Source of the DNA: Oceanispirochaeta sp.
Lineage (GTDB): Bacteria > Spirochaetota > Spirochaetia > DSM-2461
Length of the DNA: 64,000 bases
Reading direction: 5' to 3'
Assembly (NCBI GenBank): GCA_963666275.2
Contig: CAXXOA010000001.1
Coordinates: 2,016,001-2,080,000, forward strand
The notes under the pieces were generated by a model, which worked only from the letters and a program-made list of their open reading frames with translations, was not told the DNA's origin and ran no database searches. Positions 19,887-29,451 of the stretch are shown here, in pieces (the first letter of the stretch is position 1; every line of letters begins with the position of its first letter). A program made the translations under genes and the position numbers.

Positions 19887-21332
19887 ATGAATAAGAATAC
19901 CCTGTTCAGGGGTTTTTTCCTGTTTTTCGTTTTAATCTCGAAACTAACGGCAGCAGAGAGCAGTCCGCAGTATGAAATTCTCATTCAGAACAGAGAAGAA
20001 TATACCCGCGCCCCTTCCCTGCTTGACAAGGATCAGGATAGGCCTTTTGAGTTTACCCGAGGGCTTGAGATCCTGACAGATATTCCTAAAGTCAAAGTTT
20101 TTATTTCGGACCGGGAAGCGGGAAGAACGCCCTATGAAGATTCTGACCTCCCTCTGGGATATTACAGAATCCGACTGGAAAAACCGGGCTTCCCGGACCT
20201 GGAGGTCAGGGTGCTTATCAATCAGGATAAAAGAACAATCCTGAAAGTAAGCTATATAGGCGAGCCCACAGAGGACAAAGCAGGTCAGGAAGCACTTCTT
20301 CTCAGAGAAGGAGCATTCTACAGCAGCTTCAATCCCGAAGATCCACTTTTTTACACAAGGATCCACTTTTCCAAAGAACAATTTGAAAATATTAAACCCG
20401 ATATCATTGTGATTGATAATGAGAATTATCCACTGATAACCCTTAATCCCTCCCTGGAGGAAGAGAATTATTTTACCTATTACTGGGATGGTTTTGATAT
20501 TGAAGGGAATCCTGTAAAAGAGGGAGATTTTCATCTCTATGCAGTTGAAGACTACAGAATCACATCCCCTTTCAGCATCAAACGGGGATTCACAAGGAAA
20601 GCCGCTTCTGCTTTTTCCGGTTTTTCCGGTCTGAGCCTTGTTTCTGCGGGGCAGCTGATTTTTCCCGGAAGTTTTCAGTTCGGTTCTTTTTTCAGCGGGG
20701 ATTCCTGGAACAACGGCGAGGAGACTTCCGGAAATCTCCCCTTCTCCTTTTTTCTCCGTTTTTCTCCTGTTTCCGGATGGGAATCCTCTCTGAATATGGA
20801 AGTTTCCATGCAGTCGGACAATTCCATCCCCCAGATAAAAGCCTCAACGTCTCAAAAAGTTCAGATTTATGGAAAAATGCCTTTTATGATGGCCCTGGAC
20901 GGCCGTTTTTCCTACAGATCAGATATCAATGACCTTCATCAGATCGAATACAATCATCTTGTAAGAGATCCGGCAGGAGCCTCTCTGGCTGTTCCGGTGC
21001 AGTTTAAAGTGGATGTGTGGGATATTTATCTGAGTCCTGAATTTTTATATTCCTTCTCACCCCTGACTCCCGGCTCTTCAGAAAAAGACGATTTTACGGG
21101 TGTTTTCCGCTGGGGTGTTTCCTATACAGACAGATATTTTCAGGCCGCCTACTCAAATGCCCTCTACTCTCTCTCCTACAGAGAAAACCCCATTATCGTA
21201 CAGACTGCCATTGACCTGAATTTTTTTCTCCCCCGATCGCCTCTGTACCTTCTGCTGAACATGGTCTATCAGAAAACACACAATACAAGCAACACCCTCT
21301 CTTTCGGGACGGGTGTAGGGTTTCTACTTTAG
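19887..21332 (+). CDS. PEGA domain protein with FlgD-like Ig domain and probable C-terminal beta-barrel
   Basis: Start at MNKN gives a signal peptide. PEGA-like GRTP...GYYRIRLEKPGF; WDGFDIEGNPVKEG; C-terminus LSFGTGVGFLL. Confidence 0.65.
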   Translation: MNKNTLFRGFFLFFVLISKLTAAESSPQYEILIQNREEYTRAPSLLDKDQDRPFEFTRGLEILTDIPKVKVFISDREAGRTPYEDSDLPLGYYRIRLEKPGFPDLEVRVLINQDKRTILKVSYIGEPTEDKAGQEALLLREGAFYSSFNPEDPLFYTRIHFSKEQFENIKPDIIVIDNENYPLITLNPSLEEENYFTYYWDGFDIEGNPVKEGDFHLYAVEDYRITSPFSIKRGFTRKAASAFSGFSGLSLVSAGQLIFPGSFQFGSFFSGDSWNNGEETSGNLPFSFFLRFSPVSGWESSLNMEVSMQSDNSIPQIKASTSQKVQIYGKMPFMMALDGRFSYRSDINDLHQIEYNHLVRDPAGASLAVPVQFKVDVWDIYLSPEFLYSFSPLTPGSSEKDDFTGVFRWGVSYTDRYFQAAYSNALYSLSYRENPIIVQTAIDLNFFLPRSPLYLLLNMVYQKTHNTSNTLSFGTGVGFLL

Positions 21333-21635
21333 GAGTTTCACAAGCAGGAAAGGAATGGACAGAAGGAGGAGGAATCCAGTTATCCAGAAGAAACGGTCGG
21401 GAATCCTGGAAAAAACACTCCTTTTGCTCTCACCGGACACCCTCTTCTCCACTGATTTCCCGGGACTCCCATCCGCCAGATAGCCGCAGGAGGGACATCC
21501 GTTGGTAAATAGCGCCGATGGACCGGAGAAATCACAGGAGGGACACTTAACGGCTTTGAAAAGAACCCCGCAAAAGGGACATTCATTGCACTCTCTCTCC
21601 ACTTTCCGGCCGCAGTTATCGCAGTAGAATCCCAT
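21324..21635 (-). CDS. Double zinc-ribbon membrane protein
   Basis: Four CxxC pairs and a C-terminal TM helix. Confidence 0.75.
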   Translation of the reverse strand: MGFYCDNCGRKVERECNECPFCGVLFKAVKCPSCDFSGPSALFTNGCPSCGYLADGSPGKSVEKRVSGESKRSVFSRIPDRFFWITGFLLLLSIPFLLVKLLK

Positions 21636-21647
21636 GAAACCCTTCCA

Positions 21648-24600
21648 TCACTTCTTTTTGATGGCCAGAATGGTAAGGTCATCATACTGTTCATCTTCTT
21701 TTAAATGGGAGTAATAGATGTACTCCGGGAACTCTTCATCAGGAATGGGATTGCGGAAGTACTCCCTGTACTGAACAAAGTGTTTTTTGAGGAAATCATC
21801 CACTTTTCTGTCAATCCGGATCCTGTCGTCGCTGCCGGCAGAAGGATCGGGATTCAATCTGAATATCTTTTCCACAGCTGTCAGCGCCAGAACCGCCTGA
21901 TCAATATCACCGGAACAGCTTGTAAAATCAAAATCCAGAGGCTGATCCGGCTGAGGATTATGATATTTAAAGAGCGAGTAGGATTCCCGGTGCATGGAAG
22001 CTTCGATTACGGCGTGAATCCTGTTGAATCCGAACTCCTCGAAATCACTCTCCTTTTCATGGGTTTTCAGCATTCCCTCCCGGTCCTGACCGCACTGGTC
22101 TTCACAGCTTATGAGTTTGAAGTTGCTGTCCCTGAAATGCCTCTGGGCCTCTTCAATACCGTCTGTGAACAGGAAAAGGACATCTCCGCTATACATCTGA
22201 TGAGGCAGCTGTTTATAGGATTTATCTCCTTCCAGCATAAAAGAGGGAAATACACCTGCAGCGGGAACTTCATTGATTGTTTTGATAAACATCTCATTCT
22301 TCTTATTGTTGTATATGTGCACCAGGTTATCTCCGGCATTACACATATAGCACTTTCCTGTTTTGACATTCATCAGTATGACAATAAATGCGGCGAATCG
22401 CCCTTCAAATCCAACCTCTTCAAGAAGGTCATTAATACTGTAGACAAGCTTTTCAAGATGGATCCCATCTTTTTTCACATTCACAGTTTTGAAGTAGTTA
22501 ATAAAAATCGTGGCGACTTCCACCATGATCAGAGAGGCGGGAATACCCTTACCGGCAATGTCGCATTTGATGATGGCGTAGTGTTCCTCATCAAGCTGCC
22601 GGAAGTCGAAATAGTCTCCCGAAACACCCTTTGCCCCTTCATAGTAACCGTAGAAGTGGGCATATTCATTGTCCAGTTCTCCCGTGGTCAGCTTTCTGTT
22701 CCCAATGGCCATTGTCTCCAGGGGGATGAACTTTTTCTGAATCTCTTTACCGAGTGTCAGTTCCTTACTGGCCGCGGCGGCTTTAACAAGTCCTTCGGTC
22801 ATCTGGTTGAAGGTGCTTGCCAGTTCTGAAAGCTCATCCCGGGTCTTGAGTTCGATGACATGATCGGACAGTTTGGATTTATCCTGGGTATCCCGGACAA
22901 TTTCCACCGCCCTGACAAGCCGTTTGATTGGCCGGATCAGTGTCTGGGCCAGGAAGATGGCACCGAACAGACCGGCTCCGATAGCCAGCAGGGTAATAAT
23001 AGCTGTAATCCGGATGATATTCTGCTGGATCCTGATAATCTCATTCTGAATATTCTCTATGGAAACTTCCAGCCGGACAATCCCCCTGAAATAGGTGTTC
23101 ATACCGGCATTCCTGTATACAATAGGTTTATAGAATAGAAATGACTGCTGCTGGGGAGTAAAGTTCTCCGCAGTAAACTCGGGATAGGTCCTGACAGTAT
23201 TGGAAACACTCTTCAGTTTATCGTTGATTTCCCGTTCAATGCGGCTGATCGTATCCTGAATAATTCTCAGTTCCGCCAGAGACGCCTGGTCTCCCCGGAG
23301 GGCCAGACGGACCGCATCTTCCGACAGCTGATCCAGCTGCTGGTTCTGGTCTCCGATCAGAGAAGCGGCGTTCTCATTAATTTCGTTCTGAAGCTGAATA
23401 ATGGAATCATTCAGGACATCCTGACTTCTGGTTTCCCCCGGTGTAAAATCTTCAATAAGATCTGAGACAGAAAGCATTTGATAGAGATCCACACGGTCCT
23501 CTTCTTCGGGAGCGCTTAAATCCAGAGGGCCTGATCCGGTCCGGTATCTATCAATGAGACTGTTAAACTTTTCATCACTCCACTCTTCCGGTTTTTCTAG
23601 ATCATCGGGATCGACAGTTTCAGGAAAGACCTGATAGGCGTTGATATTTTCATTATTCGAGGCCCAGATATAGTTATAGTTTTCGGGATCGTTTACCCCG
23701 ATACCCGTAATGGTTGTATTCATGGCGTCTTCCATGGCACTGATCTGTCCCGGCAGAAGCCCCAGCTCCAGTCTGTTCTGTGTGGGCAGATAGCTTCTGG
23801 CACCGCTAGCCAGAGTTTCCAGAAGGAGGGCGCTCTTTTCATAAAGCCCCTCTGACAGATTGGTCTGCTGTGTTGTGATCATGTAACGGCCCAGGAATAT
23901 GGAAACCGTCAGGGTTACAAAAAGTACAAGAGAAAGGATGGCCAGGACAAACTTCAATCTCAGACTGAAACCTCTTTTTTTCATACCTTTTAACTTCTCC
24001 TTTTTCAATTGCACAGTCAGAGGACTGCCGTCAAGAACTGCTTTAACATCCCGTTCCAGTTCCCGGCTCTCTCTCAGAACCTGGAATATCACGGCTGTTG
24101 TTACAAATGTAGAGATAAAAAGCAGAACCCCTATGATGACGAAGAGCGTTCTGTTGATATTCCAGATCTGCCTGGCCATCCTGACAGGCTGCCAGAAAGT
24201 TTTATAGTCGTAGGAAAAATCTCCGAACCGGACTGTACCGGTGGAATCCAGACGGAGCTGTCCTCTGGCAAAGACCAGTCCCCTTTCGGGATGGATCACT
24301 CCGACCCTGTAAAGGCCCTCCTGAAGAACCTCAACAGTAACATCTTCAATAATCCTGTCAGTACGGACGTTAAAATCCCCTGTTTTGAACTCATAGTCCC
24401 AGGGGGATCGGCCGTCTCTGTCAATAATAACGGAAGTGACATCCCCTCCGGCTTTAAATCCCCGTCCAATGAGACGAAGAACAACCCGTTCCAGCCGGTC
24501 CCGGCTGGACTGTATATCGCTGATATAGGTGACGGGGATGTATTTATTGGTCCGGAAAAAGAGGGTTTTAGGTTCCGATGCGTTACCGACATCATCAAAA

Positions 24601-26366
24601 GCAACAACCGAAAGGGCCCAGATCCCGTTATCCCTGTTTGTGTACTGTACTCCCGCCCGGCTTGTCAGGACACGCCGGGGTGGTTCGGGCAGACGCAGAA
24701 TATCCGGATCAATAAAATCGGCGTTTTCTCCCAGAAAATTCAGATTATAGCTGTACCCGCCCAGAAACTCCTCATCCGTATTCCAGAGTATTGAGAATGT
24801 ATTACTCACAAGATACCCCATCTCATCGGTGGGAGGTTTTGCAAAGATAACCGGATCGGGAGCCTGGGTATCTCTGATAATGGACACTGTAAGCGTGTCG
24901 GACCAGTTGCCCGCATAATCCACGGTTTTAATATGGAAATACCAGGATCCGTCTTCATCCGCAATGAATGTTCTGGTTCTTTCCCGCAGATCCGCCTGGT
25001 CTATATCTTCGGGAGGCTCCGTTTCAGGGTTTCTGTCCCAGAGATAGGAGAATCCCATAATTCCGGAAGAGTCAGCGGGTTTACGCCAGGACAGGACCGC
25101 CTGGTCTCCCCTCTGGCGTCCTCCGTTCCTGAAATTCTCTGTTCTCAGCAGAGGCTGGGGAGAGGTCTTGTCCGGACGGAGCAGGTAGGTATAGCGTCTT
25201 TCCCTGAAGGTATTTTCCCAGGTGACAAAAAGATCTCCTCTGAAGGAGAGCCAGGATCCGTAAGTGGAATTTCCCCGTATAAGACTGAGATTTTTCTCCT
25301 GCCAGAAAATACCGTTCCGGCTGGCCAGAATGATCTGATTTCCGTTTCTGTTGTCAAAATAGAGAACATAGGGGAATCCCCTGTAAAAAGTGACTTTCGG
25401 AGCGGCTGTAAAATTGGTTCCCCGGGAGACCTGTTCAAAATCGTCGACTTTTTCCCCCCGGCTGTTCAGCTGCTGATAGTAGATCTGGGGTGCTTCCCGG
25501 CTGAGTCTTCTCTCCCAGACAAGATAGATGCGGCCATTCTCCGCAGCGATGTGGGGTCTCTGGTTGTCAAACTGGAAAAACTCATAATCCTGTCCCAGCC
25601 TGTATTCACTGAAATCCGTTACCTGAACTTCCCGGGACCACTGATCCTCACCGTTCAGTCTGGATTTGAAGTAGATCTGATAGGAGTTTCTGTTCCCAGT
25701 GAATAGGGACTGAAAGACAAGATATTCCCCCTGCTCATCAAAGGCGTAATAGGGCAGAAAGTTCTGTTTCAGATCGGTATTGTCTATAAAATGGGAGAGA
25801 GGCTCCCAGGTCCTCCCGTTCGGGGAAACAGTGGAAAAAATGGAGAGGGCTTCTGTCCCGTTGGGAAGGAGGATCCTCTGGGTCAGAAAAAGCAGCTGAT
25901 TTCCCTCTCTATCCCTGAAAAGCCTGGGAACGACCACTGTGGAATCGGTCTGTACTGTAGAGAGCTCTTCAAGAGCGGTCCGGGTCTGATTGAGCTGATA
26001 GATCCCTATCTCTCTTTCCGACTGGGCGATGGCGACCACCGGGACTCCCCTGGCATCCTGGGAAAGCGAGAAGATGGAAACTGAATCTTCGCTAGTGTAT
26101 TCCACAGGCGGCAGCATCCTGACGGGAGAACTCCAATTGGTACCATCCTCCGAATAGGAACCGAATAGTTCCACCACCCCGGGAGTACTCTGATTATATC
26201 TCTGCCACAGTGTAAAAATATATCCCTCATCGGAAACAACAGACTGGGGATAGAAGGCCCCTGAACCTGAAATATCCAGAGGATCCTCCCAGTAAAGCTC
26301 TTCCTGTGCGCGGAGAGAGAGGGTGAAAACGAGGAGAATCAGCAGTATGGGAATATATTTCTTCAG
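21648..26366 (-). CDS. Large membrane-bound HAMP + SpoIIE/PP2C phosphatase with extracytoplasmic propeller/FN3-like domains; non-canonical start inferred
   Basis: HAMP (RDELSELASTFNQM) and PP2C motifs SGDYFD, CDIAGKG, FTDG, DDLT. The frame is open for 63 codons upstream of GTG 26177 and encodes a signal peptide beginning at CTG 26366. Confidence 0.85.
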   Translation of the reverse strand: MKKYIPILLILLVFTLSLRAQEELYWEDPLDISGSGAFYPQSVVSDEGYIFTLWQRYNQSTPGVVELFGSYSEDGTNWSSPVRMLPPVEYTSEDSVSIFSLSQDARGVPVVAIAQSEREIGIYQLNQTRTALEELSTVQTDSTVVVPRLFRDREGNQLLFLTQRILLPNGTEALSIFSTVSPNGRTWEPLSHFIDNTDLKQNFLPYYAFDEQGEYLVFQSLFTGNRNSYQIYFKSRLNGEDQWSREVQVTDFSEYRLGQDYEFFQFDNQRPHIAAENGRIYLVWERRLSREAPQIYYQQLNSRGEKVDDFEQVSRGTNFTAAPKVTFYRGFPYVLYFDNRNGNQIILASRNGIFWQEKNLSLIRGNSTYGSWLSFRGDLFVTWENTFRERRYTYLLRPDKTSPQPLLRTENFRNGGRQRGDQAVLSWRKPADSSGIMGFSYLWDRNPETEPPEDIDQADLRERTRTFIADEDGSWYFHIKTVDYAGNWSDTLTVSIIRDTQAPDPVIFAKPPTDEMGYLVSNTFSILWNTDEEFLGGYSYNLNFLGENADFIDPDILRLPEPPRRVLTSRAGVQYTNRDNGIWALSVVAFDDVGNASEPKTLFFRTNKYIPVTYISDIQSSRDRLERVVLRLIGRGFKAGGDVTSVIIDRDGRSPWDYEFKTGDFNVRTDRIIEDVTVEVLQEGLYRVGVIHPERGLVFARGQLRLDSTGTVRFGDFSYDYKTFWQPVRMARQIWNINRTLFVIIGVLLFISTFVTTAVIFQVLRESRELERDVKAVLDGSPLTVQLKKEKLKGMKKRGFSLRLKFVLAILSLVLFVTLTVSIFLGRYMITTQQTNLSEGLYEKSALLLETLASGARSYLPTQNRLELGLLPGQISAMEDAMNTTITGIGVNDPENYNYIWASNNENINAYQVFPETVDPDDLEKPEEWSDEKFNSLIDRYRTGSGPLDLSAPEEEDRVDLYQMLSVSDLIEDFTPGETRSQDVLNDSIIQLQNEINENAASLIGDQNQQLDQLSEDAVRLALRGDQASLAELRIIQDTISRIEREINDKLKSVSNTVRTYPEFTAENFTPQQQSFLFYKPIVYRNAGMNTYFRGIVRLEVSIENIQNEIIRIQQNIIRITAIITLLAIGAGLFGAIFLAQTLIRPIKRLVRAVEIVRDTQDKSKLSDHVIELKTRDELSELASTFNQMTEGLVKAAAASKELTLGKEIQKKFIPLETMAIGNRKLTTGELDNEYAHFYGYYEGAKGVSGDYFDFRQLDEEHYAIIKCDIAGKGIPASLIMVEVATIFINYFKTVNVKKDGIHLEKLVYSINDLLEEVGFEGRFAAFIVILMNVKTGKCYMCNAGDNLVHIYNNKKNEMFIKTINEVPAAGVFPSFMLEGDKSYKQLPHQMYSGDVLFLFTDGIEEAQRHFRDSNFKLISCEDQCGQDREGMLKTHEKESDFEEFGFNRIHAVIEASMHRESYSLFKYHNPQPDQPLDFDFTSCSGDIDQAVLALTAVEKIFRLNPDPSAGSDDRIRIDRKVDDFLKKHFVQYREYFRNPIPDEEFPEYIYYSHLKEDEQYDDLTILAIKKK

Positions 26367-29300
26367 AATTTTGATTCAATTCTCCTTTTCAGATCCTGCA
26401 GAGGCGGATATGAGGCATTATCACGGTTATTAAGAAGCTGCTGAACAATAGCATAGGCTTCGAAATACTGACCGTTTATATACTTCTCTTCGGCATTTTT
26501 AAACAGAGATTGAGCTGCAGATGAAAGGACAATCGTGGTTTGCCCCCCCGCGTCCAGCTGTATACGGTCTTTCAGCTCTATGGCGGCACTGTTTTCCGGA
26601 TTCAGTTCAATCGCTCTGTCCAGCTGGGCCAGAGCAACGGGAAACTGGGATCTCACGTTTCCCTCTACAATGGCGAAGGCTTTCTGATACAGATCAGCGC
26701 TCTCTCTCAGATCCGCGGGATTGGGAGGAGGAATACGGATTCCCAGAAGGATTTCCGCATCATAGATTGCCCGCTGTATTCCCGGATAGTCCGGTTCTAT
26801 CTCCGCCAGATCCTTCAGTTCAATGTAAGCCTCATCCGTAGCGGATCTCAGACGGCTGACAGCCGAATTGAATTTTTCGGAAAAGATCTCTCTGAACAGA
26901 TCAGGATCCTTCAACTGCTGGATTTTAAGTTTCAGGACGCTTGCAGCCTGATTGAGAGGCATGGGTATGAGTATTTCATTCAGGTTCTGATCGGCCTGGT
27001 CAAGAAAGCGTAATCCGTCGGTCACGTTGTTCTGCTCGATCAGGCGTTTTCCCCTTTCAAAATTGGAGAAAGCCAGATTGAGGAACTGAGTCATTTCCGC
27101 ATACAGGGGTTCTGTGTCTTCAATGGTCCGTCCGGATTCTACCGAGAGAGCGGCCCGGACAAGGTTCAGCCAGTAGTTGATTTCACTGTTTTCATCTGTA
27201 TTGGTGGTATACCAGCGGCTTTCCGCCCTGAGCAGGACGATTTCGCTCTGGGCGTAACGTCCCTGAAGATAAAGACTTTTTCCTTCGTTCACATTTTCCC
27301 GCACATACCTGATGACCTCCCGGTTCTCCTCATAAAGGATCCTCTCCTGAAGCTCTGCAATTCTGGCATCCGTTTCCTCCCGGGAAAGGAGATCTTCGTT
27401 ATAGGAGAGAGCCTGAACAAAGAGATTCTGGGCGGTGGTCAGTTCCTGAACAGCCTGACGGAAATCATTCCGGGCCAGAGCATTTTCCGACTGGGTGAAG
27501 CGGTATTCCCCTTCATTGAGAAATCTTTCGGCCTGAACAATATTCTGATCGGCTCTGCCTGCGATTCTCTCATACTCATTAAAATCCTGTTCCAGGGTTC
27601 TCAGCATCTCATCGGCTCGGTCCAGAAAGACATCCAGCGCCTGTTTCTGAGGGATCTCCTGTCGCATCTGCCTGAACTGTTCCAGATAGAGCCGGATCTC
27701 CCCCAGAAGATTCCGGTTATCTTCCCTCAGAACAGCCAGCTCCGCCAGAGACCGTTCGGGATAGATATACGCAATGGCCTGATCCCCGTCATCCACGGGG
27801 ATACCCTCCAGATACGCCAGGGAACTGTCTTTTGCGCCGAGTATCCTTGCAAACTCCTCTTCTATGGGGCTTATACGGAAATCCGCCATATCCAGAGTGA
27901 TCTCGCCTTTTACTCTCTCATACTTGCCGAGAGTTTCATCCAGACCCTGCTGTGCATAGGAGACGGCCTGACCGGCCACCTGGTTGCTGTAGAAATCATC
28001 ACTCTCCAGGGTGAGGGATGTTTCTTCCCACTCCTCCCGGAGGGGCTGAAGGGAGTCCATTTCCTGATCCAGGATTTCCCGCCTTGTGGTCATCAAAGGC
28101 AGATCAGCGGTATTGTAGATTCTGTAATTGTCCAGCCGGCTGTTAAACTGACTGAGAGAAGCAAAAAGTTCAGACTGTCTGTTCTGAATCGAATAATCCA
28201 CCTGTTTGCTGTAGAATCTTTCTATAAGTACTCTGCTGTCTTCGGTCAGAGCTGTTTCCTCATCCAGATTCAGCAGTTTAGACCAGAGCAGATTGAATCG
28301 GACAAGCTGATCCGCCCAGAAAACAGCGGTATCATAATTTTCAAGAGCCAGAGTCCAGTTCCCTCTCCTGTAATTCAGATCCGCCGATGAAGCGGCCCTA
28401 TTGTAATTCTCCTCCAGCCCGGCAAGAACAGGCAGCACACGCTGCTCCCAAAGGGCATCCATGACGAAAACCATCCCTTCTTTCTGTTCCACCGTAGTTC
28501 TTCCGTAAACGATTCTCCAGGCGAAACTTAAAAAGAAATCTTCATCAAACTCGGAGCTGATCTCTCCCAGGAGTTCATTCTGGTCACGGAATGTATATCC
28601 GGCCTGCCAGATCGAATTCCGATAGTCCGCAAAATCGTTGAAAAGGGTGTAGGCCTCGTTGAGGGTCTGCCGGGAATCCCCCCCCTGGGGGCTGGCTGTT
28701 GAGGCCGTGAGGGAATTGAAACGGCTGTAATCATCGAGAAAACGGGTGGAAATATTCATCAGTTCCCGGAGGCTTTTGTCAACCGGTCCCTTGATGAGAT
28801 CACCATAATTCCTCTCATCGTATGTCCTTTTATGAAAATTGAACCCCGTCAGGTATGTCGAGACAGCCCGGTCGTACTGACCTTCCTGATAGAAGGCATA
28901 GGCCCTGTCCATGGTTTCATTGAAAAGGAGACGGAAATAGATAAGCTCGGCACTGATCCTGGCCCCCCGGAGCGTCTCTTCTGTGGCAGGGTTGGGGTTT
29001 CTGTCGAGCTGCTCCAGCTCGTCGATGATCTGAAGACCCTTGTTATAGTCATTTTCTTCAAAGAGAACCGTGATCAGTTCCTCGTACTTCGCATTGAACT
29101 CCTCTTTCCTGATACGGATCTCTTCAATCATCTTCTGGGCTTTTTCCATCTCATCGGGATTTTCCTTTACGATTTCCACAAGAAGATTAATAGCTCCGTT
29201 ATAATCCAGGTTCTCCATAAGCTGCTCGACCCGGGAGTATTTTTCGCCGAGACTGAGGGGGGACTCCTGGGAATACAGGCTGATTGTGAGAAGAAAAAAC

Positions 29301-29374
29301 AGAATAATCGGATATGTAAAATACTTATTTAAAATCAAGAAAACCCTTTTTTTCAAATTCCTATTACTGATCAC
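26363..29374 (-). CDS. Large helical TPR-like exported protein
   Basis: Signal peptide ending SLYS-Q; many TPR-like helical repeats; exact start uncertain. Confidence 0.7.
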   Translation of the reverse strand: MISNRNLKKRVFLILNKYFTYPIILFFLLTISLYSQESPLSLGEKYSRVEQLMENLDYNGAINLLVEIVKENPDEMEKAQKMIEEIRIRKEEFNAKYEELITVLFEENDYNKGLQIIDELEQLDRNPNPATEETLRGARISAELIYFRLLFNETMDRAYAFYQEGQYDRAVSTYLTGFNFHKRTYDERNYGDLIKGPVDKSLRELMNISTRFLDDYSRFNSLTASTASPQGGDSRQTLNEAYTLFNDFADYRNSIWQAGYTFRDQNELLGEISSEFDEDFFLSFAWRIVYGRTTVEQKEGMVFVMDALWEQRVLPVLAGLEENYNRAASSADLNYRRGNWTLALENYDTAVFWADQLVRFNLLWSKLLNLDEETALTEDSRVLIERFYSKQVDYSIQNRQSELFASLSQFNSRLDNYRIYNTADLPLMTTRREILDQEMDSLQPLREEWEETSLTLESDDFYSNQVAGQAVSYAQQGLDETLGKYERVKGEITLDMADFRISPIEEEFARILGAKDSSLAYLEGIPVDDGDQAIAYIYPERSLAELAVLREDNRNLLGEIRLYLEQFRQMRQEIPQKQALDVFLDRADEMLRTLEQDFNEYERIAGRADQNIVQAERFLNEGEYRFTQSENALARNDFRQAVQELTTAQNLFVQALSYNEDLLSREETDARIAELQERILYEENREVIRYVRENVNEGKSLYLQGRYAQSEIVLLRAESRWYTTNTDENSEINYWLNLVRAALSVESGRTIEDTEPLYAEMTQFLNLAFSNFERGKRLIEQNNVTDGLRFLDQADQNLNEILIPMPLNQAASVLKLKIQQLKDPDLFREIFSEKFNSAVSRLRSATDEAYIELKDLAEIEPDYPGIQRAIYDAEILLGIRIPPPNPADLRESADLYQKAFAIVEGNVRSQFPVALAQLDRAIELNPENSAAIELKDRIQLDAGGQTTIVLSSAAQSLFKNAEEKYINGQYFEAYAIVQQLLNNRDNASYPPLQDLKRRIESKF

Positions 29375-29451
29375 TAATATACTACATTATTATCGGCAAC
29401 AAAGGAACGAATCTGGATAAAACCGAAGCTTCAGGGTATAATAAAATTAAC

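Noticed and set aside
21705..22829. Long antisense ORFs (also 36068-37123, 57593-58492, 62491-63675)
   Set aside because: They shadow well-supported genes on the opposite strand and have no recognisable motifs.
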